A stretch of DNA of 34,464 bases from Thelocarpon superellum (GCA_026025795.1 JAPEUG010000014.1:62001-96464); one strand, 5' to 3'; shown: positions 21,300-33,861, numbered from the stretch's first letter. Translations and numbers: made by a program. The notes: generated by a model from the sequence alone, not told the origin.

Positions 21300-24200
21300 T
21301 TATGAGATTACACCCGCGAGGGGCTGTGGTGGGTGAGTGCGGCGTGACCGACGGCGTTGGCTGAGTTTGGTGGCGCCAATGTGGCCGTCGGAGAGCACAT
21401 CGTCGCACCATCTTTTCCACACGTCCGCGGCATCTCGCTGCCCCAAGACTTGCCAGGCGAGCGTCTGGCTCTTGGGCTTCCACCCGGGTCGACGATCCGG
21501 CACGCCGTCACGGAAGGCACGCGCCATTTGAACGGGCGCTACCTGCTTCAGCAGCTCCTTCATCACCGTCTTCTGCTCGGCCCGGCTGAGGCGAAGCTCT
21601 TGCTGTCGCGTGGTGGGCTGGGGGAGGACCGGGGCGTCGAGGAGAGGCTCGATGGTGGACGAGGGCTTGTTGCGCAGGAGCTGCGTCTCCTTGCGTAGAT
21701 ATCGCACGGCGCTCTGGAGACTGGCGATCTCGGCGGTGAGTGCCTCCATCGACCGGACGGAGGCAAGCGAGACACCGGTCACGGCCGGCGACCCGCCCGC
21801 GCCAACGCCGTCACCTATGCCCGCTCGTTCACTGGCAAGCTTCTTGTATCGGTCGCGCTCCAGCTCGAGCGCTTCCAGTTCCTTGACTTGCGTCTCCATC
21901 GCGTCGGCCAGGTCCTTCTCACGACCTTTCCCGGCGCGGATGGACGCTTCGAGCTCGTCGAGCTGGTGCGTATGCTTGCTGGCGTCACTCATCCGCGCCT
22001 CCAGCAGCTCGATCTTGACGCTCAGCTCCTCCTGGGCCTGGTCACGCAGCGCAATCTGCGTCGCGCGTTCGTGAATCTCATGTTTCAGCCGCCGGATTTC
22101 GTCGTCCCTGTCGGCGGACTTGGCCGCCAGCGCTTTCAGCTCCTCGGCTCGGGTCAGCCACGGTGCAGGCGGCCGCTCAAACTCGATCGCCGTGGGCAGG
22201 TCGGTGGCGACAAGATTCAGCTCGTGCAGGGATGAGGCCAGCGAGTGTAGACGGGCGGTGATCTTGCCGAAGACATCATTCTCCTCGGCGCTCAGGATGG
22301 TCGCCGTGGTCACGCGGACGGCCGTATGGACGTCGTCGTACGATGGCCGATGCGTCCGACCCTCGTCCGACACGAGACCGAAGAGCGCCAGACCTAGCTG
22401 TACCGCATAGCGCATAATCTCCTCCGCCGATTGCTCGCAGCGCTCGAAGGCGTCGGAGGCGTCCATGGGGAGGGACAGCGATCGGTCTCGGAGCTCTTCC
22501 AACGACCGAACAATCTTGCCCACACTCACCGTGCTGCTGCGCGCCTGTGACGCGCACGCCTCGACCTGTCGAGCAAAGTTCCGCGCCGACATGTCATCCT
22601 CATCCTCGGGTGCCACGACATGAGCGGTGACCATGTCCCGGATCTGCGTGAAGGCCGATGCAGCGTTCTCCAGGTGGCTCTGCGTGAGCACACCACGCAT
22701 GACGAGACCCTCCGCGTAGTTCTCGAGGTCGTCAACAAGGTGGATCTCAGCCAAGTGCGACATGAGGGCCAGTGTCCTGCGCTAGTCAGTCGTGGCCCAC
22801 GTAACGGAGACAGATATGCATGGTAGGCCAACCTTTGCAGCTCAGACGCGCACTGCTTCTCCTTGAGCTCGTCATTCCTCAGGCCGTCGATCCATCCATT
22901 CAACGCACGCTCCACCGGCTCAAGCTCGTAGAGCGTCCCGGCAAAGTGAGCGAAACGGTCCACGGAGCAGGCACTGATGTTTCGGACGAAGCGCCGACTC
23001 ATGGCGCGAATCCAGGTAAGGCGATCGAGAATCTCGCAGCCGGCCAGGACATCGTCTTCGTGCCCACGCGGCGCCGTGCCCATGACCCGATCCGTGACCA
23101 AGGTATGCAGTAGATGGGCCTTGAAGCCGACCCGTTTGAAGCGGAGGAGAGCGGCGACCGAGTCCTTGTCCTGCAGATAGGCGTCGGGCAGGAAGCGCTG
23201 CACAATCTCGAGCAGGTCGGCGGCTTCTTGGGCCTCGAGCCGGCGCAGCTCGAGCTCGATGGTCTTGGTCTGCGTCTTGCGGGCCGAGGCTTGCAGCTTC
23301 ATATTCAGGTCCATGACGGCCCGTGAACGCTGGGTGAATTCTTCCGTCTCCGTTTCGGTCGACTGCTGGGAGGCTCGGAGCGCATCCAAGTCAGCCTGCA
23401 GCGTCTTCACCAACTCTTTGTAGCGCGCGATGGTGTAGTCAAACTCCTCAATCGCATCCGCCTGCCGCTTGGCCTGATGTTCCTGGCGTCGCAGCAGCGT
23501 GTCCTTGTGGTCGATCTCACGCTCGAGTTGCTTCTCGTACTCGATGTGATCCAGCTCAATCTCGTCGTTGACCTCCTTGAGCCCCTCGAGGTCTTGGTTG
23601 GCCGTGGTCAGCTCGTCAATCCGATCGCTGAGCGACATGTTCTTCTGCGTCAACTCTTCGAGCATGGTCTCGGCACCCAAGGCGGCGTCCAATTGCTGCC
23701 GCAGATCCTCGATGTTGGCCTCGGCCTGCAGAAACTTCTCCCGGGTCCGTTCAAAGTCGTGCTTGACCCCACCCAGCTCCTGCACGTCGTCCTCTAGCCC
23801 TTTGATCTGATCGTGGAGATCGGCCTCGGTCTGGCGCGTCAGATCGCGCAGACGGAGCAGGGCTTCGCGGAGCCGGGCGTTCTCCTTCTCCATGTGGAGC
23901 CAGCCATGGCTGCTCTTTTCCGCGGGATCCGTGCCTTGGTCGAGCTCCTGATTCTCGGCCTTCAGCAAGTCCACTTCGAGCTGCAGCTCCTCAGCGCGCT
24001 GTTTGAGCGCGTCGACCTCGGCACGCAAGACCTCGGCGTGCTCCTCGGCCATCTCTCGATCGAGCGTGGCCATTTCAAGGGCATCTTCATGCTGGGCTTG
24101 CTCCGGACCAATCTGGTCGAGTCGGGCATTCGCCTCATATAATTGACGGCGAAGCTCCGCCATCTCTTGGTGTTGCGGCTGCAGCTTGGACTGCAGCTTC

Positions 24201-25339
24201 TGAATGATGGCCTCGAACTTATCCCGGTCGGACTGAACCCGCTCGAGGGTACGGAGCTGGTCGCGGTCGTCCTTGCGCTTCTTCTCCATCATCCGCAATT
24301 TCTTCTTGAGATCTTCAATCTCTCGGGCGCCGGCCGTCGTGGTGCTTAGGGTGTGGATCGTTCGTTGGGTCAAGGTCGAGGAGGGTGGTCCGCGCGTGGA
24401 ATCCACGTCGGACGGACTTCGCTCTCCGGTGCGCGCAGCATCGCGCGGCGGGACAGGGCTCATCACGGGCGGCGACATTTCCGCCGACAATTTCCGCGAG
24501 TCGGGCGTCCGGGGGACGGGAGACTCGGTGCCATAGTCCGAGCCCTGCCCGCTTCCCTCGCCGGCGCTGCTCGCCACGCTCGGTTTTCGAAAACCCAGCA
24601 GCGGTTGAGGCCGGACCGATGTTCGCCGCGCCACGGTGGAGGTGGAGGAGGAGGTGGCGGTAATGCTGGCGCGCTGCCGGGCTCCTGGGCCAGCGACGGA
24701 CGGCCGAGTGGGTTTGGTAGATGGGAGGGCCGGCGGACCCATGGACGTACGGTGGGTAGAGCTAGGGCGTGATCGGGCCGTGAGACCAGGGCTAGGTGAT
24801 GCACTCGTCGAGCTGACGGAGGGGGCGGCGGAGTATGGAGGCTTGGTAGGTGATTTGACGGGCGACTGCCTCGGGAGTTAGTCGCGCACCTGGAGAGCGG
24901 GAGTGGGGCATCCACGCACGCGTGAGAGACTGGGTCGGTGTGCAGCAGTCGCGGCCGCTCGAACGCTGGGACTGGCGGCATTGAGACTGGCTCGAGTGCC
25001 GACCCCAGGCGGACCGGCGACACTCTGGCGCTTGGTGGTGGTGAGGCCGGTGGGCTTGAGGGGCTTCTGGACGTGGCCATTTCCATTCAGATTGGCCGGC
25101 GTCTGACCAAAGGCCCTGATGGCGGCGGGCCGGACGAACATGCCGTAGAAGGGCTGGCAGTCAAAGTATCGCTGGCCATGGACCTCGCCATTGTTCTTCC
25201 CCGTTGCACTGTCCAGCTCCACGCCCACCCAGTCGCCGGCGGCGAAATGGGCATCGCCCAGGTAGCGGACCGTGGCAACTCGACCATCCTGGAGTTTGAC
25301 GGTCTGGCCGACGGAGAAGGCCGACAAGGGATCCGTCAT
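21300..25339 (-). CDS. ro-3: Dynactin p150(Glued) subunit (ro-3/nudM/NIP100 orthologue); exons 25339-24920, 24865-22833, 22776-21300
   Basis: N-terminal CAP-Gly domain (VRYLGDAHFAAGDWVGVELDSATGKNNGEVHGQRYFDC...GMFVRP), a basic Ser/Pro linker, and coiled coil with LEMATLDREMAEE, ENARLREALLRLRD, LRQQLDAALGAETMLEELTQKN, TIELELRRLEAQEA. Introns 24919-24866 and 22832-22777. Confidence 0.95.
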
Positions 25340-26038
25340 GATGGATCATAGAGCGTGGCCAGAGACCTGGGGGCGACGATCAGTATGAGGCTGTGTGACG
25401 AGACGATCGCCGGCGTATGGTAATAGGAGGCTGTAGGTCAAGGGGAGCGTACATGATGTGACCAGTGTTGATGTGTCGCGATGCCGTGGGGAGTCGGACC
25501 CCATCCACGGAGGGCGTAGGACAGAGGAGGTGCGATGGAGCGATGGAGATAGGCCGTGACCCGCCTGGAACGGGATGCTGGGACTACGGCAACTTCTGAC
25601 GAGGTCAAATCTCGTGTTGACGCCCGCAAGCGAGACAACCGACAAACGCGTCGTGATTTGGCGCGGGCCGTGGTACGGGAGGTTCTCCGGCCATGACAGG
25701 GACCCGGGGGTCCCCCTCGCTAACGATTAGTGTGTGGGGTGTGGGGGATCTCCTCGATGAAGCTACCAGGCACCGGGGGGGCCCTCCTCGATATATCCTC
25801 ATCGCTAGGACACGCTCTGGGGGTCGAGATTGGCTCCGAGACTCGCCTGGCCTGCGACAGAAAGTGCGCTTGCGGGGTCATGTGCGACTCGTACTACGGT
25901 AGCAGAGATTTCCGGCCATCTCAACAACGGATCGTCTACGGTGTTAGATGTACATGGTCTCTCTTCACGTGCGAGATTCCTGGCCCTTCATGGTGTTCCG
26001 CATCAAGACACCATACTCCCCAGGTTCACCATAATGCA

Positions 26039-28348
26039 TCACGCCTCGACTAACCCCGACAGCTCCGCGATGCGTCGTTCGATGTCTGGTACTGCGCGTA
26101 GTTGTAGATCAAGCTCCTCCTTCTCACTGGCGGGACCCCACATGTTAGCGAGGCAAGCGGGATTGGGGAGGGGAATCGCACTCTTCCAGCCGCAGACGCT
26201 TCTCCGCATCCAACTTGGTAAAAATGTAATGGCCCTGGCCGTCAAATTGGAGGATGGTCGTGTGATATTGCCACAGGCTGCGGCGGTGACTGACGGTCAT
26301 GAGGGTGATGCCGAGGGCCTTGGCGGTCTGGTACATGACCCGTTCGATTTCGAGCGTCACGCTCGAGGTGCATTCGTCGAGAATGGCATATTTCGGAGCG
26401 TGGTAGAAAAGCCGTGCCATGGCGACGCGCTGCTGCAGACCTCCGCTCAGGACATCGCGCCACTCCTGCTCCGCGTCCCAGCCGCCGGGACGGTCGACAA
26501 TGCTCTCAATCTCCACGGTGGTCAAGATGCGGAAGAGATCCGCGTCGGTGACATGCTTGTCGCGCATCTCGCGCACGCCGTCGGGGTAGATGATCTGCTG
26601 TCGCAGGCTGCCGCGGGAAAGGTAGGGTCGCTGGGGAATGTAAAAGATATCGGACGAAGGCGGCTTGCACACGGTGCCGCCGTAGACCGGCCAGAGACCA
26701 CCCAGGATGCGGAACAAGGACGACTTGCCGCAGCCGTTGGGCCCGACGATCAGCAGATGCTGCCCCGGCCGCACGTGGAAACTGAGTTTCCGCACGAGGA
26801 CGTCGCCGTTGGGAGAGACGATGGGCACGTCGGTGAATTGAATATCTTCTCCCTGTACCACCTCTCCCCGTCCAGCCAGCACGGTGGCATTCTCGTCGGT
26901 GCCGGCCGACGAAACCAGCTTCTTCTCAAAGCGGCCGGCTTGAATGTCGTCCATGACATTGAGCAGGGTCGAGACGCGCGAGGTATATCCTGCCAGCTCC
27001 GTAATCTCCTTGTACGAGAACATGACGCGGCCAAAGGCGTCCGAAGACGAGAGGAGCATGCGTCGATTCGTCACAAAGCCTAGCACGACACCAGTCAGCC
27101 CTAATGCACCCGTGCAGCTCGAGGGGCCCTACTCTCGGTGCGATCGCCCACACTATCGAGCACCGCGCCCGGCAGTCTGACGAAGACGGGGAAGCTGCAC
27201 AGGATAAGACCCAACGCGCCCCAAAAGTATTTGATGACAAAGTCCTCCATGACGCCGTGATAGAATCGCTTGCGCAAGATCCGATTGACGTGCTTGATCA
27301 AGGTGAAGTAGCCCTTGTCCAGGGTATCCTTCTCCGCCTCCTGGCCGTGGTATAGGGCGACCTCCTCGCTGTTGTCGATCAGGCGTGAATGCTGGAAGCG
27401 GAATTCGCCCTCCAGCCGCGCTTCATCGGCCACATATTTGCCAAAGGGGGGGGTCAAGGCGCGCATGATGTTCGCCGACAGCTGCACCAAGAGGCTCATG
27501 AAGAACAGGCCTTCCCCGCCGACGGTGCGGGAGAGGGAGTAGTTGTAGATGACCATGTCGAGGATGGGCTTGGCCAGGTTGGAGTACAGCTCGGCCAGGC
27601 TGTTGCTGAACTTGGCCACATCGACGGTGATGAGCTGATCGGCATTCTTGATCCGGTCGTCGAGGGCCGAGAGGCTGTAAAAGGTCATGTTGGAGAGGTA
27701 GTCCCGGTGGATGTAGTTGGTCAGGCGCGTGCGATACTGGAGCGACAGCTCGCACTGATGATACGAGAGCTTGGTCCTGTCAGCCGATATGTCCGATCAT
27801 CTCATCTCTCGGCAAGCGCGACGCACCATGGAGTTGGTGAAGGTGGCGGGGATGGCGACGGCCATCCACCACAACAATCCCAGCAGAAAGTCGCGGCCCT
27901 TTCCTCGCACCAGATTGCTCACCAACCGACCATCGAGCTCGGCGACGTAGAGGCTGAGCAAGGTGCGCACGACCAGGAAGACGCTGTGGCTGATCAAGAG
28001 GCCCATCTCTTTGCTCCGCCATCCCGGGATCACAATCTTGAGGAGGCGCAACAGATTCTTGAAAAACTCTCGATTCAATTCGACCTTCTTTCGGGTTGAG
28101 CCTGCGCCTTCCCCTTCCAGTGCACCGGTGCCCGAGCGATGGCGCGCGGCCTGACGTAGGGCGGCGGCCTTCTGTTCGTTGATGGCATGGCGAATGCGAT
28201 TGATCAGGGCGACGAACAGGGTCAGGTAGACCGTCCGGGAGATCTTGGTACGATGTCGTAGATAGAGATTGGAGAGCTGCGAGACCAGACGCCGGATGGA
28301 TCGTTCCGAGGTCCGCGGATCCATGAACAACTTGGACTGCGCAGCCAT
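26039..28348 (-). CDS. PXA2: Peroxisomal ABCD-family fatty-acyl-CoA half-transporter (PXA2/PMP70-like); exons 28348-27827, 27769-27133, 27079-26182, 26126-26039
   Basis: [19 protein letters not shown]-like motif [23 protein letters not shown], Walker [33 protein letters not shown], signature LSGGLQQR, Walker [17 protein letters not shown]2 rather than PXA1 is inferred from the N-terminus and signature variant. Confidence 0.9.
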
Positions 28349-29403
28349 GGTGACCGCGATCCACGTCTCATTGCATGCGAAGTGGCGTGTGGGCGGTAGA
28401 TATCGTGATAGCGGAATCGGCACGACGTGATGGATCTTGCCGAGGCCCTCCGGTTCGCCTACTTTCTGCGCATCGTCACCTTCTCGGCTCCTGTATCCAG
28501 CCCGCCAGTCTCGCTGCCGCCGCCCTCCCACCACTCACGCGTGTACCACGGGAGAAGATCGACGGCCTATGCTCGTCTTTGATGTAGAAGGTAAGTTCCA
28601 CTCCTTTCTGGGAATCCACAGAAAAAAGGCAAGAAGCGAATGCTACGGAAGATTAGCCCTTCGTACTTGGATAAGTGTTGGTGCTTTGGGATGCTCCAGT
28701 CTTGCTCAATCCTTGCGTCGATCGTCGAAAAGCGTACCACACGAAGGCGAGACAGGGCTCGCGGTAGAATGTGCCTGGCGCGCAGTGGTCCTATCACGCA
28801 AGAGCCCCCACTAACCCGGTCGGCTCTAGAAGGCCAGACGCCGGACCGGAGGCGCAGTAGAAAGTTGGCAAGCGACCGGAGGCGTGCAGGCGGGCTGGCC
28901 AGCTGGCGGGCTGACGTGCAATTGTGCCAGGGTGCCGGAATCGCGGACTCGCGGAATGTCCGGGTGGCGTTGGAGCCCCGACGTCAGACGCTTCTGCGCA
29001 CGTTGGTGCCACTCAGGCTGGCATGGCCCCCGCTCCTTCCAACGCAGCTGACGCTCCACCGGCTCCAGGTCGCCGCAAGTCGCCCGCCGCTCTTGGTAAG
29101 CTCTGGCCCCGAGGCCACGCAACGATGCGTAGCATGACAAACACGGCGAGGTACCACCAGCCTCGTCCTCCAATCCCTCATCCGACAATGTCGTCGTGGC
29201 TTTGCTCCCCGTGCGCCCGGACGGTCGACGAAGCATCCGACACATGCGGCTGGTCCACGCCTCGAACGGACGCATCCACCCCCGCTGCGGGCAGCATATG
29301 AAACCTCCCTCCCCCCCCGGTTCTCTTCGCTGCGTGCCCGTCGCTGGCGTACGCTGTCGCTCTCGCTGTCGTCACCTTCATCTTCGCCGGGATCAAACGC
29401 GCC

Positions 29404-30490
29404 ATGGTCTTGATATTGGATGACGCGCCGTGCGAGGCAATCCGGCCGTCCACCCAACAGGGCGTACTCAACTTGTCAGTATCTTGACCTTCTTGTCCGA
29501 ATACGACCGACTGACGGCCCGTAGTCTGCTAGTCCTCTACATCCCGCTCTCGTACCTGCCGCAATATGTCCGGATCGTGCGACGAGGCTCATCGTTCGGT
29601 CTCTCGCCATCCTTTGTCCTGATGAGCAACGCTTTTGGCTCCAGCATGCTGGCCAACATGTTGACCATCCGTCGACCCTTTGGTGCCATCGAATGCTGCC
29701 GACGAGCCGGGTTGTCGGGGCTAGGATGTGCGACGTCGTTGCTGTGGATTGTCCAAGTAGCCATGCTCTGGCTATGTTCGGCTGGCTTGTATGCCCCCAC
29801 GCGCATGGAACCAGAGGACTTGCGTGCTGACCTGGGCATAGACTTCTCCTGTTTGTCACATATCCCCCTCATGCGGTACGCCTGAGCCGTCCGGCAACGG
29901 AGACGGAGGAATCCGAGTCCACTTCCGACCATCCAAGCAAGCAGACTGAAAAGCCGGAGGCCAGCAAGGGCAAATCCGTATCTATCATCTCGCTCGTGTA
30001 CGGCGTCGCGCTCCTCGGGCCTTCGCTGTGGTTTGCAATCGCGCCGCTGCACCCCAACGACACCTACTATCTTATTCTCCAGCTCTGGTCGCTGGTTTGC
30101 ATCGGGTTGTCCGCTGCTCTCGCCGTGGCCCACCACGTCCCTCAGCTGCGCACGACATGGAAGCTGCAGCAAATGGGGAGCCTGAGCATGACGGGACTCG
30201 GACTCCAGATTCCGCTCCATCTCTTCCTGACGTGGTCGGTCATTGACCGATTCGGCATCTACCGGAATAATGTGATTGTGTTTTATTTGCTCGCCGGCAA
30301 CCTGTGGATCAACTACGTCGTGACTGCGATCGCGCAGTCGGCATTGTTGATTCTCGCGTTGTATTATACCCACGCTTGGCAGGGAGGGAAACAAGAAGGA
30401 GGGCCAGAAGAGGTGGATGAGGAGGTGGTCCAAGAGGCAGGTGGAGAGAATGAGCGAACACCGTTGATTCGCGACGACCGGGGTGATTAG
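29404..30490 (+). CDS. PQ-loop repeat membrane protein, probably a vacuolar transporter; exons 29404-29474, 29525-29788, 29842-30490
   Basis: Two PQ motifs (SYLPQYVRIVRRGSSFGLSPSF; HHVPQLRTTWKLQQMGSLS), several hydrophobic segments and an acidic tail with ENERTPLI. Introns 29475-29524 (GTCAGT...CTGAC...TAG) and 29789-29841 (GTATGC...CTGAC...TAG) join the track ORFs in frame. Confidence 0.85.
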
Positions 30491-30814
30491 GGTATAGAAC
30501 CAGAAATTGGTAAGGAAATAAGAATAAGAGACGGACACGAACGGGGGTGGAAAGGATCAGGATTGGGATAGATTGGGCCTGGAGACAGTCTAGAGAAGAC
30601 GGTTTGATTTCAAATTCAATCGAAGACGTGAACCAGGGAGACCAACTCGTGGCAATGGGGAGGACTGAGCTAAGCGGAAGCTTCAGCTCGACGTGGATAG
30701 CTCTCCCGGACCCCGCCAACAAGTTATCTCCGACCGAATCATCACTACTCCACCACGCACAGACACATCTCCACCTCTCCAGCTCTTCCCAAGCCTTAGA
30801 AGTAGCGTTCAAGA

Positions 30815-31807
30815 ATGGTGATGATAATACAGACTCCGCCACCCACGGCGCCCCCGCCCCACGCTTCTCCACCGAGGCCTCCTGGAGCGCTGTCTCCCAC
30901 CTCCGCACCACCATCCCTTCATCACGAGGGCACCACCACCACCGACGACGGCGCCCCTCCCACCACCGCGCCCGCACGGCCTCTCTCCTCCACGGGCTCC
31001 GCCACCGAAAGCGCCCCCACGCACCTCCCCGGCGCCCACGCCCACGCCCACGCCCCGTCCACCACTTCCTACCGCACGACCGCGACCTCTCCGCCGCCAA
31101 GCCGCCCCACGCCCGAGCACACCGCGGCGCGCGCGGCGCTCACCTCGTCGCTGTCGGCCGTGGGCGGCTCCATCTCCAACGAGATGCAATGGCGCGCGGC
31201 CTCGATCCACGCCAACGCCGCGACGCTGGCGCGGCAGCAGGCGGAGGTGCAGAAGGACGGGGCGGCGCTGGGAAAGCACAACGCCGCGTTGCACAAGATT
31301 GCGGACGAGGGCGCCGCGAAGATCAAGGAGATTGGAGACGTGCAGAACTGGGCGGAGCTGCTGGAACGGGATCTCTTGGTTCTGGAGGAGACCTTGAGGA
31401 TCGTGGACGGTGGCACTGGCGGCCGAGCGGAGGATGGAGAAGGGGGGAAAGAGGAAGTGAACGTCGACGTCGACGTCGACGTCGACGTGGGGGATGGAAG
31501 TGACAAGATAGACGAGCTGATGACCGACGCCCATCCCCTCCATGATGACCAGGATCATCATCATCATCATTCTCATCATCTCAGCACTCTCACTGTCTTT
31601 CCTCCCCCGTCTTCTTTCACTCCTCCAGTTGCTGGGGATCATCCTCCTTCGTCACCTCCGGTTTCACATCCGTCGTCTCATCCGTCTTCTCATCTCGTTG
31701 CTCATCCCCATTCTCGTCCCCACTCTCGTCCCAGTGGAGCAACGGACGCGGAGATGCGTGAGAATTCCCTCGATTATGGCCACGGCGATAATGCCGGTAC
31801 TCCATGA
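30815..31807 (+). CDS. BLS1: BLOC-1 subunit 1 / GCN5L1-family protein with low-complexity extensions (start uncertain)
   Basis: Core RAASIHANAATLARQQAEVQK...KIKEIGDVQNWAELLERDLLVLEETLRIV matches the BLOC1S1/GCN5L1 signature KEIGDVxNWAxxLExD. Confidence 0.85.
   Translation: MVMIIQTPPPTAPPPHASPPRPPGALSPTSAPPSLHHEGTTTTDDGAPPTTAPARPLSSTGSATESAPTHLPGAHAHAHAPSTTSYRTTATSPPPSRPTPEHTAARAALTSSLSAVGGSISNEMQWRAASIHANAATLARQQAEVQKDGAALGKHNAALHKIADEGAAKIKEIGDVQNWAELLERDLLVLEETLRIVDGGTGGRAEDGEGGKEEVNVDVDVDVDVGDGSDKIDELMTDAHPLHDDQDHHHHHSHHLSTLTVFPPPSSFTPPVAGDHPPSSPPVSHPSSHPSSHLVAHPHSRPHSRPSGATDAEMRENSLDYGHGDNAGTP
31461..31488. repeat. Self-complementary (ACGTCG)n microsatellite, a 28-bp perfect palindrome encoding a VD dipeptide run
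   Basis: ACGTCGACGTCGACGTCGACGTCGACGT equals its own reverse complement. Confidence 0.95.
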
Positions 31808-32378
31808 TGCATCGATACCCACCATTCGCACCGTTCTTATTCTTTATTTCTTCGCTTTTCTTTCCTCTGCATCCTTTCCTGTGCTATCGTTTCTTTTGTG
31901 CCTCAACCTTTTCCTCGCATGGCGATGACTTATGATTACGCTCCTATGAAGAACAGATCATGGACCTGACACGACTTTTTATTCTTCGTGAGCTTATTTG
32001 TCAATGAAGCCACGTAAAGTGGAATCGTGGATTCACTCCACTCTACATTCATGTCCACCAACTGAGGAAGGAACGAGTCCGGGGGGGGGCTAGTGGGAGT
32101 GGGGTATCGCGACGTCATGGCCGTGTCGTGTCGTGTCCTGAATGCAGGAGCGATAAGCAAGGGTGAACAGGACATAAACCGGGTCGCTCAGTCTATGCTT
32201 TCATGTCATCCATCCATCAGTCAGTCATTCAGTCGGTTGATCTTGCCGAGTCCAGTCAAGGTGAAGGTCCACCACCCTCATGGCTCTGCGACGGAGAAGA
32301 GAGGATTTAGTGAGTTGGCCGCTTAAGGAGAACAAGGGTACGGGGAGGTGGGGAGTGAGGGTCGGGTGCGTCGCGGGG

Positions 32379-32422
32379 GCTTGGCCCATCGTTGGTGCTT
32401 GGCCCATCACTGGTGCTTGGCC
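32379..32422. repeat. 18-bp tandem duplication (2.4 copies) overlapping the FBP26 stop codon
   Basis: GCTTGGCCCATCGTTGGT / GCTTGGCCCATCACTGGT / GCTTGGCC. Confidence 0.9.
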
Positions 32423-33861
32423 GAGCTGCCCTTGGTGCGAAACGTGCTCACCGCCGGGATGTCCGCCTTGAAGCGTTCCTCATGCGTCCCGTACGCTCGC
32501 GGCGTGAGCTTGATCAGCGTATGCAGCGGCACCTCCATCCACGGTGACCGCTCCTGTGGCACGTTCATGAAGTAGGCGTAGATGCACCGCAGCACGGCCT
32601 GGTGGGTCACAATGACAATGTTCTCCGACCGCTCCAGCTCCATGATGATGGGTTCCAGGCGAATCACCACGTCGCGATACGACTCCCCGCCCCGGTAGCG
32701 GTAGTTGTATTTGTCGTCGTCGCGAGCCTTGAAGTCCTCCGGGTATTGGTCCTCGATCTCCTGGTACGTGAGACCGTCACACACGCCCGAGTCCAGCTCG
32801 TCCAAGGCCTTCCACTTGAGTTGCAGATGCTTTTCCGGCAGGAACCGCGCCGTCTGGTTCGTCCGCTTGAGAGTCGACGTCCAGATGGTGAGCTTGCGAT
32901 CGTCGCCCACTGATTGTTGCACCAGCCCAGGCAGCGCTCGCGCATATGCTTCGCCCCGTTCCGAGATGTCCGCGTCCCCGCCGATCTTGCCTTCGAGATT
33001 GAAGTTAGATTCGCCGTGCTGTCAGCTCGTCAGTCTCGTTCCCCTCACTCCTCCTTCAGCAAAGACGTACCCGCGACAGCCAGATCGAACGAGGACGGAT
33101 GTGAAGGTTCATGATGAAGTAGACCACCCGGCTCTGCAAGTAATCCTGGATGCGATTGATGATGACTTGGCGGCCCACGTTGATCAGCTTGATGTAGGTC
33201 AAGTGATTCTCTTCTTCGCCAATCGTTTCGTACACCTTCTCATAGTTACGAATACGATGGCGGAAGTCCTCGGCGGCGAGCTTGGGGTCCTGGCCGGCGT
33301 AGTCTGGGCTGGTGGTCTTGACCTCGAGGATGTTGGCCATGATGAGGTCCTCATCATCGCACTTGGACTCGACGAAGAGCACGGCGATGTCATGGGCCGC
33401 ACATTGCTCGGACACCCAGCGGCGACGCAACCGGGAAGAGTTGGTGGCGTCCAGAATGGCGACAATGCCCTGGCCCTCGTCGAACCAGGCAAACATGTCC
33501 TTGACCGCCGCTTCGGCCGCCGCCCGACGGAGACGCTCCCCTTCCGAATTGGACGTATCGAAGAAGTCCGCCGTGGGCTGTGGCGTATCTGCCCGGCGGT
33601 AGGAGCCGACATTGAACGTCTTGGCCTCGATGGACAGCCAGGCGAGGAAGCGGGCCACTGGATGGGTTACTCCGACGTTCGTGCGAGCTCCCGTTCCGCC
33701 CACTCACCTTTTTGCGCGATGAACGACTTGCCGCGGGCAGGAAGCCCGACAGTCACGACGCAGATTCGAGTATCCTCGACCTGTTTGCCACGACCATTAG
33801 ACCAAGGCCGCAGATCGGGCGACGGCGTGCGGCACGACATGGCGTCGAGGTGCGGGGACAT
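32407..33861 (-). CDS. FBP26: 6-phosphofructo-2-kinase/fructose-2,6-bisphosphatase; exons 33861(?)-33708, 33657-33071, 33018-32407
   Basis: ICVVTVGLPARGKSFIAQK (P-loop), FNVGSYRR, ILDATNS, LFVESKC, SPDY, IWLSR|HGES (catalytic RHG across intron 33070-33019), WKALDELDSGVCDGLTY, YRYRGGESYRDV, HQAVLRCIYAYF. The start codon is uncertain (33861 or 33840). Confidence 0.94.

Noticed and set aside
25830..28099. Plus-strand 417-aa and 236-aa ORFs
   Set aside because: They are codon-register antisense mirrors of the PXA2 exons.
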